Position numbers and translations under genes: made by a program. From NCBI GenBank assembly GCA_043228905.1, contig JBHGNT010000374.1, positions 1-30,359 of the forward strand: a stretch of DNA of 30,359 bases. Direction: 5' to 3'. Position 1 is the stretch's first letter. Every line of letters starts with the position of its first letter. Positions 1 to 10,306 of this stretch are shown here, in pieces. Below the pieces are notes generated by a model. It was not told the origin of the DNA. It ran no database searches and was given only the letters and a program-made list of their open reading frames with translations. This DNA comes from Azolla caroliniana. Taxonomy: Eukaryota > Plantae > Polypodiophyta.

Positions 1-123
1 ACAAACCTTCATATAGCCGACATATTCACAAAAGCCTTAGAAATCGACAAGCTTAGGAAATCCATGTCAAGCCTTGGCCTAAAGATAGCCGCATTACCAA
101 GCTTGAGGGGGAGTACAACATAG
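1..123 (+). mobile_element. Ty1/Copia pol C-terminus (end of RNase H), fragment entering from outside the window
   Basis: Frame 1 reads TNLHIADIFTKALEIDKLRKSMSSLGL...SLRGSTT*. ADIFTKAL is the Copia RNase H terminal motif. Purine tract gagggggag at 105-113; a second PPT-like tract at about 378-388. Confidence 0.85.
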
Positions 124-435
124 TGCAACGCAGCAACCGAATAACAGTCGATCAATCAATCAAAGTCGACCAAAGGAGTAGTCAAAGTAGCAGCACACCC
201 CACCAAGGGCAATCGAATGAATAGACGGATAGAGAGGTAGTCAAACGAAGGAGAACATATAGCAATCGACCAGTCGAAGCCAACCCAACCAAACATCCAG
301 ACACAAAGCCAAGGAATTCAAATAGCTGAAACGAGCCAAACTGAAAGATGACTTTCCGGCGACCGGAAGTTGTATTTGAAGGGGTGAGTTGAGAGTCAAA
401 CCCAACTTCCCTAATGTAGTGGCTTTCACACTAGC

Positions 436-650
436 AATTGGGTGTACAAAATCAAGTACAATGTCGATGGCACCGTCAACCGATACAAAGCCCGACTTGT
501 AGGAAAAGGTTATGTTCAAATGTCGAGATCAACAATAAAGAGACATTTGCTCCACTAGCAAAGATGATAACAATACACACCATACTAACGATCACAACAG
601 TGGAAGGTTGCCATCTTCACGAGATGGCCATGAAGAATGCTAACATAAGG
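436..650 (+). pseudogene. Degenerate Ty1/Copia reverse transcriptase N-terminal fragment
   Basis: WVYKIKYNVDGTVNRYKARLVGKGYVQ, then a frameshift to ETFAPLAKMITIHTILTITTVEGCHLHEMAMKNA (consensus WVYK..RYKARLVAKG..ETFAPV..LHQMDVKNA). Confidence 0.85.
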
Positions 651-1418
651 TAATATTTAGTGGTATGAAACACCAATGGTAATTTATGTTCGTCACCTCT
701 CCTACTTGGATGATATATCTTAATAACATCTCACTATATACTATGAGTGCACATTTTGCCATATTTAAGGTTAATTGTGCTCTTTTGCATTTCTTTATAT
801 AGAGCATCAGCTATTTCATGTGTTCCTCAATCGCTTTGTATGCAATGACATCATCAAGTAATATTTCATTGCTCACAAACTTCAATGTTGACCCCTTGAA
901 TATAACCACAAGTGCTCTAAACAAGAAAATCATTCAAACCACCATGAATATCATTAAATATACAAGATATCATATACAATATAGATGAAAGAGTCAAGAG
1001 TATGCAAGTTTAACGTGTCATGAAGATAATCCCACAATCCAAAGTACATAAGATGACAACATAATCCATTCCCCTCCCCAATCATTTTTTTCTTCGCTTC
1101 ACAATCGAATCTGTAGGGTACTCTTATTATTACTCATTGTTTTCTTTACTTTACAATGGGATATATAATGTACTCGTCATACTACATTTTAAGCAAAGGA
1201 TGGACTTTTGCCATCAATGTTTTTTTTTCCTTGATTGAATAAATAATCACATACCAACAACTTGCTTGTATAAAGCTTCAGCCCTAAACGATATCAAAGA
1301 AATTTCCAGCATTGTATATAATCAACAGAATATTGTCACAAAATAATGATCATTGGGCAAGTTCACCATGCTTCACAATGAGCATTATTTGAGTTTGGAT
1401 AAAAGTTCACCATGATTC

Positions 1419-1785
1419 GTAATGAGCATTATGACAACAGTGTTCTCAAACTCATTTCAGACTACTTTCAAGTAGCACCCATTTTGCACTAGCTGAAAAC
1501 AACAGAACACTGGATGCAACAATAACACTCAATGTCTTCCTTCACATATGAAGCAAATTACTTTGTTCTTGTGCAAATTGCATCTTCCAACACAAAATTT
1601 AAAATTGATGTCTTTTGTAATGAGCATTATGACACCGGCGTGCTCAAACTCATTTCAGACTACTTTCAAAAGTAGCACCCATTTTGCATTAGCAAAAAAC
1701 AACAGAACACAGGATGCACACTTTGTTCTTGTACAGATTGCATCTTCCAATACATAGAAAATTTATAATTTGATTTGTCCTTTGT
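1419..1785. repeat. Imperfect tandem duplication, two units (about 1419-1616 and 1617-1785)
   Basis: Both units carry gtaatgagcattatgaca..caaactcatttcagactactttcaa..gtagcacccattttgca..aacaacagaacac..ctttgttcttgt..attgcatcttccaa. Unit 2 lacks an internal segment. Confidence 0.85.
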
Positions 1786-2318
1786 GATTAAAAGACACCT
1801 GTCGATTAAACAAGAATAGGACATGTGCGATTGCTTGCAACTTCATTGAAATTAGCACAAATTTGCCTCCAGTCATAACTGCACTCAAAAAACAAAATTA
1901 CATTTTGATGATGGATTTTTCCAGTATAAGCAAATAAGCAAAGTTATTTAACTAGTGGACACAAGACCAATATCCTGGACCAATATAAATTTAACATATC
2001 CTGGACCAATATAAGTTTATTGATGTGAGGCAAAAAGAATCACCACCAAACAAATACTGGGTAAAATGATGTCTCACGTGAGGAAATTTGTGACACATTT
2101 CAAGATATAGAATTTGCACTAAGATAAATGATGTTATAGCAGCGGAAAAGCTTTACCTTTTCCTACCTTCACAGTTCTAAAAATAGGCTAATATACAACA
2201 ATGACATACAATGGAAGACTGGAAATCCAAAACATTCTCTAATCTCACCTCTAGCTACAAAACTGTCTCTTAATCATGGAGTAAAAATTTGGTCCATTCG
2301 GTTAAAATGGGTTGACTT

Positions 2319-2432
2319 CTACAAATCTCCTTGCGAAACTAAATGATGGTGACCTTCAATGAAGGATGAGGGGTCTTGGAGAATCTTTTTAGCACGCCAA
2401 TATATATTTCCAGCAATATCAAGATTTCCAGA
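2319..2432 (-). CDS. UTP6: UTP6 exon 6, coding part (not represented in the ORF track)
   Basis: Acceptor gtgaacag|TCT; reads SGNLDIAGNIYWRAKKILQDPSSFIEGHHHLVSQGDL, then TAG. Confidence 0.9.
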   Translation of the reverse strand, partial: SGNLDIAGNIYWRAKKILQDPSSFIEGHHHLVSQGDL

Positions 2433-5400
2433 CTGTTCACAAAAATATATATCAAAAAAAGAAGAAGGAACAAGATATAAATTTGCATGAATAGACAGTG
2501 AATTATTGACAGAAATCCTAAAAAATTGTCTCTACCTTTATCTCATGACAGTAATATGCTAGCCATAAATCTGTATCCTGACTATATTTGTCTACAACAG
2601 ACTGAAACAAGCTCTGCACACACTTTTCAGCTTCCTTGCAGCCCATCTCTGCTATTCGAGACTCAATGGTAATGCAATGCTTATATAATTCTAAGTTTGG
2701 GGCTGGGAAAGCCAAAATCCTGAAATTTACAATATGTTTCAAAGTTCAGAAAATCTTAATTGTGATGCTCATGCGGAATATTAATATAACATAGTAGTCG
2801 AGCAAAAAACAGTATTCCAATTCTGGAATACTAATATATATTAGCTACGCAAAACATATAATAAAAAGGATTGCAGAAAGCTAAAAACAAGGTTACCCAA
2901 AACCGATTTTTAAACATATAATCATTTCACAATACAAACAAAAGTGAACAAACAATTAAGTAAATAAAAGCCATCGAACAAGATGAAATAAGGAAATCCA
3001 AACTGATGAGAATAATCAACCAAGATCAATTTAAAACATAATGAGCTTCTCTAGTCAAATATATAGTTTTTATCATTCATGCCCTAAATAAATATGAGGG
3101 TCATCTTTCATAACTCACAACTTAAGTGACAAGTTGAACATGTGCAAGTTTATCAATTTCATCACTTGTAAAATGAATGTTCAACTGTTTCACAAATATT
3201 ATACCCTACCCGGATAGTACACACTTTACACATCATACTCTTCCATATCTATCAGTAAATGAATCTAAAAAACAAGCAAAGAACAAACAAGAGTAAAACA
3301 TGGGAATTGAAGTGAAGATCTTACGAACTATAGATTTTGCGTGCCTGTTTGATATCTTGAGTATAAAGAACCCAATCAACAAGAGAGCAAGCAAGCTTGG
3401 GGCATGCTGAGTCTCCACTCGAGCTAGCTATTCTCGAAATCATCATATCTATAATTCGATCATAGATGATTTTTTCCCCAAAATATTCCAAGACCTGAAC
3501 ACCAAAACACCAATGAACATTTACTCATTTACTCTCTCTTTTGCTTGCTCAATGTGGTGTATTAGTCAGTTGCAGTTGCAGGGAGATTGATCACTACAGA
3601 AACCATGGCCATCAAAGCTACTTAGCTCTATGGTGATAAACCAGGGATGCTCATTGTTTCCTACTCTTTCAGTATTCTGTATCAATGAGGTATCTTCTTA
3701 CATTGAAGGCATAACTTTCAGGCATACACATGGTAGCAAAAGTTGGGTACTTTGCATGCATGCATTCTCAAAATATTCCAACATCTGAACATCAATTAAA
3801 ATTTACTCACTCTTTCTTGATCAATGCATTGCATCAATCAGTTGCAGATGCAGGGAGATCGGTCAATACAGACATCAAGGCATCAACTCCATAGGGGTAG
3901 TAAACAAGGGATGCCCATTCTTTCCTACTCTATTGGTATTCTATGTCAATAAGATATCCTGTTACATTGAAGAGGGAACACCATTCAGGCATATAAAGAT
4001 TATTGACAGTTGGATATTTTATATACATACATCTCAAATTTTCACAAAGCCTTTACACCCTCATAAAGAGCTGACTGAATAGTAGTTTTGCATGAACTGA
4101 ACAGAGGATAATGGCAATAAATGAACTGACTTCCGGATTTATCACAAGTTCACTCTATACCATAAGCGTGAAGGAAGGCAGCCCATTTCTCCAGACTCTT
4201 TTGGCCTTTATATCAAAACGTAAGGTTGAAAGGCAATTGGACCCTTGAAAGTTACTATATATTTTGACAATGGACTTATCACAATCTTTCTTGAGGGTAT
4301 GCAGATATCTTGATGCATAAGATGCAACAAAGAGCTATCAATTATCCTTGGAGAAACCATGGTTTTGGTGGTCAATACAAGGATATCACAAAATCAGGAC
4401 AAGTTTTCATCTGTGGGCATCACCCCAACTTTCTTTGCATTTCAAGATTGATCGATTAAATTCTATTTCAGAACTTATTTCATTTGTTTCTGGAACAGTA
4501 GATAATCAAAAGGAGAAATCCTTGTATTTATTGATTTTCTGATATGCTGATAGATATTCTCCTCTCTTTAAAAAACTGTGTTACTTTGTACAAGTTGATA
4601 AAATACATATGGTATTAGCACATTTATGACACTGGAAAATTAATAAAGCAAGTGAAGAGAAGGAAACTTACTATGGCCCAAATATCTTGAGCTTCAGACA
4701 TGGGTATCTGCTTTAGACAACTCTCGCAAAGATCGGCCAATCTATTTAAACCTGACATTTCTGCCCTCGTTTCTCTTTTCATCTCTAGTACAATCCTCAT
4801 AGTCCATAATCTCGCACAAGTTCTAAAGTTGCCAGAGCACAATTCTTCTAATACTTGCCTTGCTGTGTCCAGCTTTCCAAGGTTAAGTAAAACATTTACA
4901 TGACCCTCAGCTAAGCGTGGGCTGAAAACATTTGCTTCTTTAGCTCTAGAATACAACTGTAGCAGAAGTGTTGCTGCTTCGTATCTCTCCTCTTCAGAAC
5001 GGTTTTGCCTTACATTAGCTGTCTTACTTTTTGAACATTCTACACCTGAAAGTTCCTTCAGAAACTGTGCATAAACCTCATACATATTGATGGACGAGGC
5101 TACCTCCAAGGCATTTTCATAGACCTGCACATATTTTACAGAATTTGAATGACCCTCATCTAAGTGTGGAATACAACTGTAGCAAAACAGTTGCAGCTTT
5201 CTACCTCTCCTCTTTGGAATGGTTGACTTACATTGGCCATCTTATTTTTTGAACATTCTACAACTCAAAAGTTCCTTCAGAAACCTTGCATAAACCTCAT
5301 ACATATACATGGAAGATGCTACCTCCTAAATCCTTTTGATAGACGTTTGTTAAAATGAAGTTTGATTATTAATGTTTCACCTCATTGACTCAAGTAAACA

Positions 5401-8400
5401 TCTCAGCAAATACTTCTTTATTAATATGGCATAGACCTACATAGTCATTCCTGCCATGCCCTAGCTTCATTCATAGGGTTCACCCTACCTTACCCACACA
5501 GGGAACCCTCCATCTGTTTATCACTAGTTCACATTTAAGAATTCAAAGTTCCTTTAATTACATAACATTGGAAACTAGTTTTAAGACATGCATAGCTTCT
5601 ACCTCTATATTCTCCCCAATACACATGTACATGTGTCATGCTTGCACAAACTCACTACTCTAATCTTCAGAGAGATGCTATCCATCTGTTTACCACTATT
5701 TCCCATGTAGGAACCCAAAGTTCTTTTCATTATATAAGTTTGCAAATAAATTTTATCATGTACATTACTTCTACACATCTTTACTCCCTTACCTTAATGG
5801 CCTCGTCTTTCTCACCGGTTGTCTCAAAATGAAGCCTTGCTTGCCAGTCCCAGCAATCAGCATCCATTGGAAAGTCTTTCTTTAAACTGTCCAATACCTC
5901 ATTCTGTAAAGCAGACTTTTGAGAAAATGATGCTTTATGTAATAAACTCATGAAGCTTTTGCGAAATGACAAGTTTGTAGGGATAGCAGAAATAGCATTT
6001 TTATAGATGGTGCAAGATAGCTTATATGCTAGCTCATCCACTGTTAAAATTTCCATTTGAGTTTCCTCCACTGTAAGCACTGTCATGTTTTCATCATCCA
6101 ATTCTTTACTGTCATCCTCTAACCTCAGAATATTATCATCATGTTCTTCATTACCAACATCTTTTTTCACATTCAGAGTTCTCTTTTCCGTCAAATGATT
6201 CAATAGTCTTTCTTTCATCTTTTCTGTATATACAAGTTCCATACGGAAGTATTCCAACCATAGTTTTTCTGATTTTGGACACATACGAAGCCCACGTTGC
6301 ATAAGGGCTCGAGCTGCAGCTATGTCTCCATTATGTTCAAACTCCCAAGCAGCAGAATATATCCAAAGTCCTGGAACTGCTGGATGTAAACGCAGGGCTT
6401 TTGTAAGGACCTGAAGCAAAATTTTCAGACATCCACCTTGGTAAGAAAATATCTATTTAAGAAAGTTTCTGCACATTATCGTTTCTCAAAATATGCATTA
6501 ATAAAAATAGCAGACATGAATTTTAAACAATTATTCCAACACAAACCTATACAAGCTCTAACAAGTAAACCAGAATCGCTACCATCTTGAAAGAGTACTT
6601 TTAAATAAATATTTCCCTCTATACGCATCATTATCTCTCACACATTGACCAATGTATTACAGCACAAAAGGAAAAGAGGAACTTTATGTTACCTTACTAT
6701 CAAAGAATGAGTCATGTCATTTGTAAGGTAGGATATCCATCTTTCAATGCACGTGTAAGTGAACATCGAATGCTTAGCTTCCAATGTAATGCTTGGTTCG
6801 ATGAAGAATGCAAGACTCAATCAAAATGTTCAAGCTCACCAACAATAAAAATGAAAATGTCCTAACATTTTATCAATATAAAAGAGTGGTGAGGAAAAAG
6901 AATAGGCGATGTTTAAACTCAGAAAAAATTTACCATGGAGACAAATCAAGGGCAAAAAGAAAGATATAATCAGCGAGTTCAGTAACAAAGAGATGGAACA
7001 ATAGGTACATAAGTTTTATATGCACAATGGTATAATGCCTATGACATTCAGTATGGAAAGTCCATATAAAGCAGGTGTATTCATTGAACATGTTAATAAA
7101 GGGGCAAAACAATATATCTAATGCAAAGTGGCAGATGCAACTTTGATGACAAGTAAGCTCTTGAAGTCGACAAGTCCACAAACTCACCAATGGATAGCAA
7201 TATCATGGATAAAGCTACCAAGCAAAGTTTTCCAGAAGATTGGCTCATGAATTGGATTAAACAAATCCATAAAGGAGAAGATAAAAATTTGGTATCTAAC
7301 TATTCCACCATCATGGTTAGCTCGGTTATGACCAAGTTGAATAGAACTATCACGACACAAAGGACTAGCTTATGGGCTGAACATCGTCACAAAAAAGCAC
7401 TTGGTCCAGCAGGCTTTAGACCAAAACATTTCATAGTCAATCATTTTATTACACTAAGAGAAATTACAAAAGAAATTCTACTTCAGGGGAGAACACTATA
7501 TTGTTGTATTGTGAACTACAAGAAAGCCTTTGACCTGAAACAAGAAGTGAGCTTTGAAAAAGAATGATAGAGATCAAAATGCCACAAGAGTATAGAGCAG
7601 TTATAACATGACTGTATATGCAGATTGGATGTCAATATAAACTGGATAATGGTTTTTCAATTTCAATGTACTTATTGCGCAACATGGGGATCAAGAAACA
7701 TGTCCACTCTCTCCCACACTCATAGATAAGCAAAATCCTCTGATCTGGATGAATGCTCGACGTTATCAAATGGTTTAAGAGATGGGGAGTAAACAATCTA
7801 GCTGAGCTCTTAGGTGATGCTATGAAGTATGTGATCTTTGAGGATACATTATTGAGGCAATAAGGTTGAAGTGACAAGATGCTGAAATGTGAAATTTGGA
7901 ATATTACAATGCAAATAATAACCTCCAATAGTGGCCCAAATACAAGGTAAAAATGTCAAAACATGTTCAATCGAATCTCATTACCCCCAATAGCGTTGAC
8001 TTTCGGAGAGCCTCAACACTTCTTTGAACTTGCTCACACAAGGTCTTGAGGTAGATTCATATTATCATAACCCAAATATGAAGGTATGCAAGGTATGCCC
8101 TAGTGGAGGATGAATATCATTCACTTATCACATGGTCAGAGTATAAGGTAATCGCAAGAAATATGATAACTTGTTATATGTGTATGACACTGTAACTATC
8201 ATACTCGAATCTCCACCAAAAAAAGTGAGCACATATGTGTGTGCATTATTTTCACAGAGTGTTTACTGCTGAGTAGCAACCCCCGTTCGTAGGAAGGCAT
8301 AACAGACAAGATGATATGTTGATTTCACCCCATAAGCTCAATGCTGACCTCTTCATGGACAATAAAACATCTATTCTATTCTACTTGGTCTATGCATCCA

Positions 8401-9945
8401 TAAACTAGAAGACTAGTAAACAAGGCTGCAAAAGAAAAAGGATTAGATCGCAAACAACTTATGCAAGAGCTCATTTCTATACAGCTACACGCTTGGGTGT
8501 CCAGATATAGAAAATTCAAGTAGCTAACTGAATAAGTGAAAGAAAGAGGAAAAACAAAATAATGCTAGGATTATGTATATTTTAGGTATAGAGCAAAGTA
8601 CATACTTTGCATCATTCCAATCCCCTGTTTACATTATGGATGCCTAAGTTTAGGAAAGGCTCACATATCAGACTTCACTTGTACTTTCTTGTTTTCCACA
8701 GCCTCATAATATTAGAGATTTCAATCTTTTTGTGAGTATCTTCCATCTCAATCCTTTCAACATCAAGACACGAAAGGAGTACCAAACAATACAAAATGCT
8801 TGGCAAGCTGTCATGCAATAGGTGTCAAACATAATTTACCAAGTAAGCATCCATGCGTAGCATGTTTTGTAACAATATATCAACTCCACTCTCGTCCTAA
8901 TGGCTTGTGAATGAAAGCCCTCTCAATTCAAAATAAAAAATAGTCTTCTGTGCTTGGCCCCCAATTTGTTCTGCCACTCAAGGTGGTCAACCAGATGAAA
9001 CAAAATTAATAATATCCTAAGACAATTTAAGCTACCTTTTCTTTTCTCTATCACATAGGCATTTCTCAAACTGCCAAAATCTTCAAGAAAAACAACACAA
9101 AAGGCAGTTATCCTCTCTCTCAATCTGCATTCATCAGCAAAGTACCTCAGTTTTCAATGAATACAACACTATAGGGAAGATTTCTCTCGGACCATGAAAT
9201 CACCAAACTCCCTTGGTTGATCAAGGAAAACAACAAAAAACAGCACAAAAGATGTTGCTATTATCTCTATTACACAGTTATTCATCCAATTTCTCCTACC
9301 CTAAATGAAATAAAACACAAGACAAAACCCCAAGAATTATAAACCTATTGCATTATAAATGTATCAACTCCCACTTAAGCTACTTGTCATTTCATCTATC
9401 CCACATATATATAACAAAACATCTTAATCTTCCAGAAAAAATAAAAAGAATCCCGTTCTTTCCTCGATCACACATGCATTCATCAATTTTCCTCCATCTA
9501 CAAAGACACGAAAAGCAGAAGAATCTCATACCTTTTGCATTCTCCGAGTACCTTGGGACCGACAATACTGAATAAACTGCAACCAGAGGCCAAGATCTCC
9601 TTTGAAGCGTGTCACAGCACGTTCATAAATCAACATAATTCTCATGGCACTAGCTCTATCACACAGAGAAGGCTGCCACCCCTTCTTCTTCTCAGATGAA
9701 GCATCTTGGAGCTCACGAACGATGGCTTTCTTTCTGATACGTCTAAGCTTCTCAAGCTTTTTTTCGTAGTCTATGTACCTGAGGTAGTCTTCTTTAACCT
9801 TTGAGCGGCGCTGGAGGCGGAATTCGAACTCCCGGCGCTGCCTTGCGATCTCTCTGATCTCTGCGACAGAGAAGAGGCCCCTTTCCTTCAGGTCATCGAG
9901 CTCTGGGAGCATACGCTCCAGGTGATAGTAGGCGCTGTCCGCCAT
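2319..9945 (-). CDS. UTP6: U3 small nucleolar RNA-associated protein 6 (HAT-repeat SSU processome subunit). Six exons: 9945-9532, 6410-5793, 5124-4672, 3494-3325, 2719-2536, 2432-2319. 650 aa.
   Basis: N-terminus MAD..YHLERMLPELDDLKERGLFS..EI..IARQRREFEFRLQRR is the Utp6 signature. HAT motifs include ALRLHPAVPGLWIYSAAWEFE and ARALMQRGLRMCPKSEKLWLEYFRMEL; C-terminal YWRAKKIL. Exons join with GT-AG boundaries and consistent phase (0,0,0,2,0) into 1953 nt with no internal stop. Confidence 0.95.
2536..2719 (-). CDS. UTP6: UTP6 exon 5 (184 nt)
   Basis: Acceptor tttcag|G ATT TTG (ILAFPAPNLELYKHCI...DLWLAYYCHEIK); donor AAG|GTAGAG. Confidence 0.9.
3325..3494 (-). CDS. UTP6: UTP6 exon 4 (170 nt; not represented in the ORF track)
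   Basis: Acceptor gtgttcag|GTC; reads VLEYFGEKIIYDRIIDMMISRIASSSGDSACPKLACSLVDWVLYTQDIKQARKIYS; donor TC|GTAAGA, phase 2, matching exon 5. Confidence 0.88.
3480..4040. repeat. Diverged tandem duplication of about 290 bp in UTP6 intron 3, including the exon 4 acceptor and a LINE RT relic
   Basis: aaatattccaagacctgaac (3481) vs aaatattccaacatctgaac (3771); shared tcagttgcag.tgcagggagat, taaac.agggatgc.catt.tttcctactct and ttacattgaag. Confidence 0.85.
3600..4440 (+). mobile_element. Highly decayed RTE/RTEX-like non-LTR retrotransposon relics in intron 3, antisense to UTP6
   Basis: Three degenerate versions of the RT motif GVKQGCPLSPTLFG at about 3630-3690, 3890-3950 and 4165-4215, plus an IRTS.HL C-terminal motif at about 4390-4415. 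Confidence 0.55.
4672..5124 (-). CDS. UTP6: UTP6 exon 3 (151 codons)
   Basis: Acceptor gtgcag|GTC (VYENAL); donor ATA|GTAAGT. Confidence 0.9.
5149..5344 (-). pseudogene. Degenerate duplicate (pseudo-exon) of the 5' half of UTP6 exon 3
   Basis: Aligns to 4900-5124 (atgaccctca, gaatacaactgtagca, tttttgaacattctaca, aagttccttcagaaac, gcataaacctcatacatat, gctacctcc, atagac) with indels; the acceptor AG is absent. Confidence 0.88.
5793..6410 (-). CDS. UTP6: UTP6 exon 2 (206 codons)
   Basis: Acceptor tttgcttcag|GTC (VLTKALRLHP); donor AAG|GTAAGG. Confidence 0.93.
7150..8383 (+). mobile_element. Decayed RTE/RTEX-like LINE in UTP6 intron 1, antisense to the gene
   Basis: ORF 7190-7567 has AGFRPKHFIVNHFITLR...LYCCIVNYKKAFD (non-LTR RT QAGFR..DH.FTLR..FVDF.KAFD). 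MGIK..CPLSPTL at about 7683-7720; VEDEYH at about 8103-8121; AATAAA 8361-8366 followed by a (ctatt)n tail. 5' limit approximate. Confidence 0.8.
9532..9945 (-). CDS. UTP6: UTP6 exon 1 (138 codons)
   Basis: ATG at 9945; donor AAG|GTATGA. Confidence 0.95.
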
Positions 9946-9970
9946 CGCTGATTCTTTCCTTCCTTCTGCT

Positions 9971-9979
9971 AAACCCTAA
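9971..9979. promoter_or_regulatory. Telo-box AAACCCTAA just upstream of the UTP6 start codon
   Basis: Exact motif 26 nt upstream of the ATG. Telo-boxes are typical of plant ribosome-biogenesis and translation genes. Confidence 0.7.
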
Positions 9980-10051
9980 TAGCTTTACCACTAATAAAAA
10001 CCCTTCATATATGTACATACATACATATGTATAATGTATGTATGTATGTTA

Positions 10052-10057
10052 TGGGCC
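10052..10057. promoter_or_regulatory. Site II (TCP-binding) motif TGGGCC
   Basis: TGGGCY about 75 nt upstream of the telo-box, the usual pairing. A single short motif, so chance occurrence is possible. Confidence 0.45.
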
Positions 10058-10306
10058 TGTCTATTTGCACCGCTCGTGCTATTACATACCAAATCATAAA
10101 TAGGGCTGGGGAGGGAATCACAGCCACGGACGGACGGTGCAGGTTTCTTAGAGGAAGGCGTGTGCGATCTGCACCATCCGTGGCTACGAAAGAAACGCGC
10201 GAAAAAAAATATGTCAGAGGTCGCCCAACTCTGAGTCCTTGGTCACCCAACCCTATCAGTAGTCCACAAAAAATAATACTAAAAGGTAATCGTTTAGTGG
10301 TTGGAG

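Noticed and set aside
2319-2432. Possible frameshift in the last UTP6 exon
   Set aside because: Recounting the C run (GAC CCC TCA) gives a clean frame, DPSSFIEGHHHLVSQGDL*.
6411-9531. Intronic snoRNAs or nested genes in UTP6 intron 1 (ORFs 6930-7190, 7632-7928, 8923-9123)
   Set aside because: No convincing C/D or H/ACA box arrangement seen by eye; the ORFs have no recognisable domain or are antisense to the LINE relic. A covariance-model search would be needed to exclude snoRNAs.
9989-10000. CACTAATAAAAA resembling a CACTA terminal repeat
   Set aside because: It lies 44 nt from the UTP6 start codon, between the telo-box and site II, with no partner end or TSD; most likely chance.
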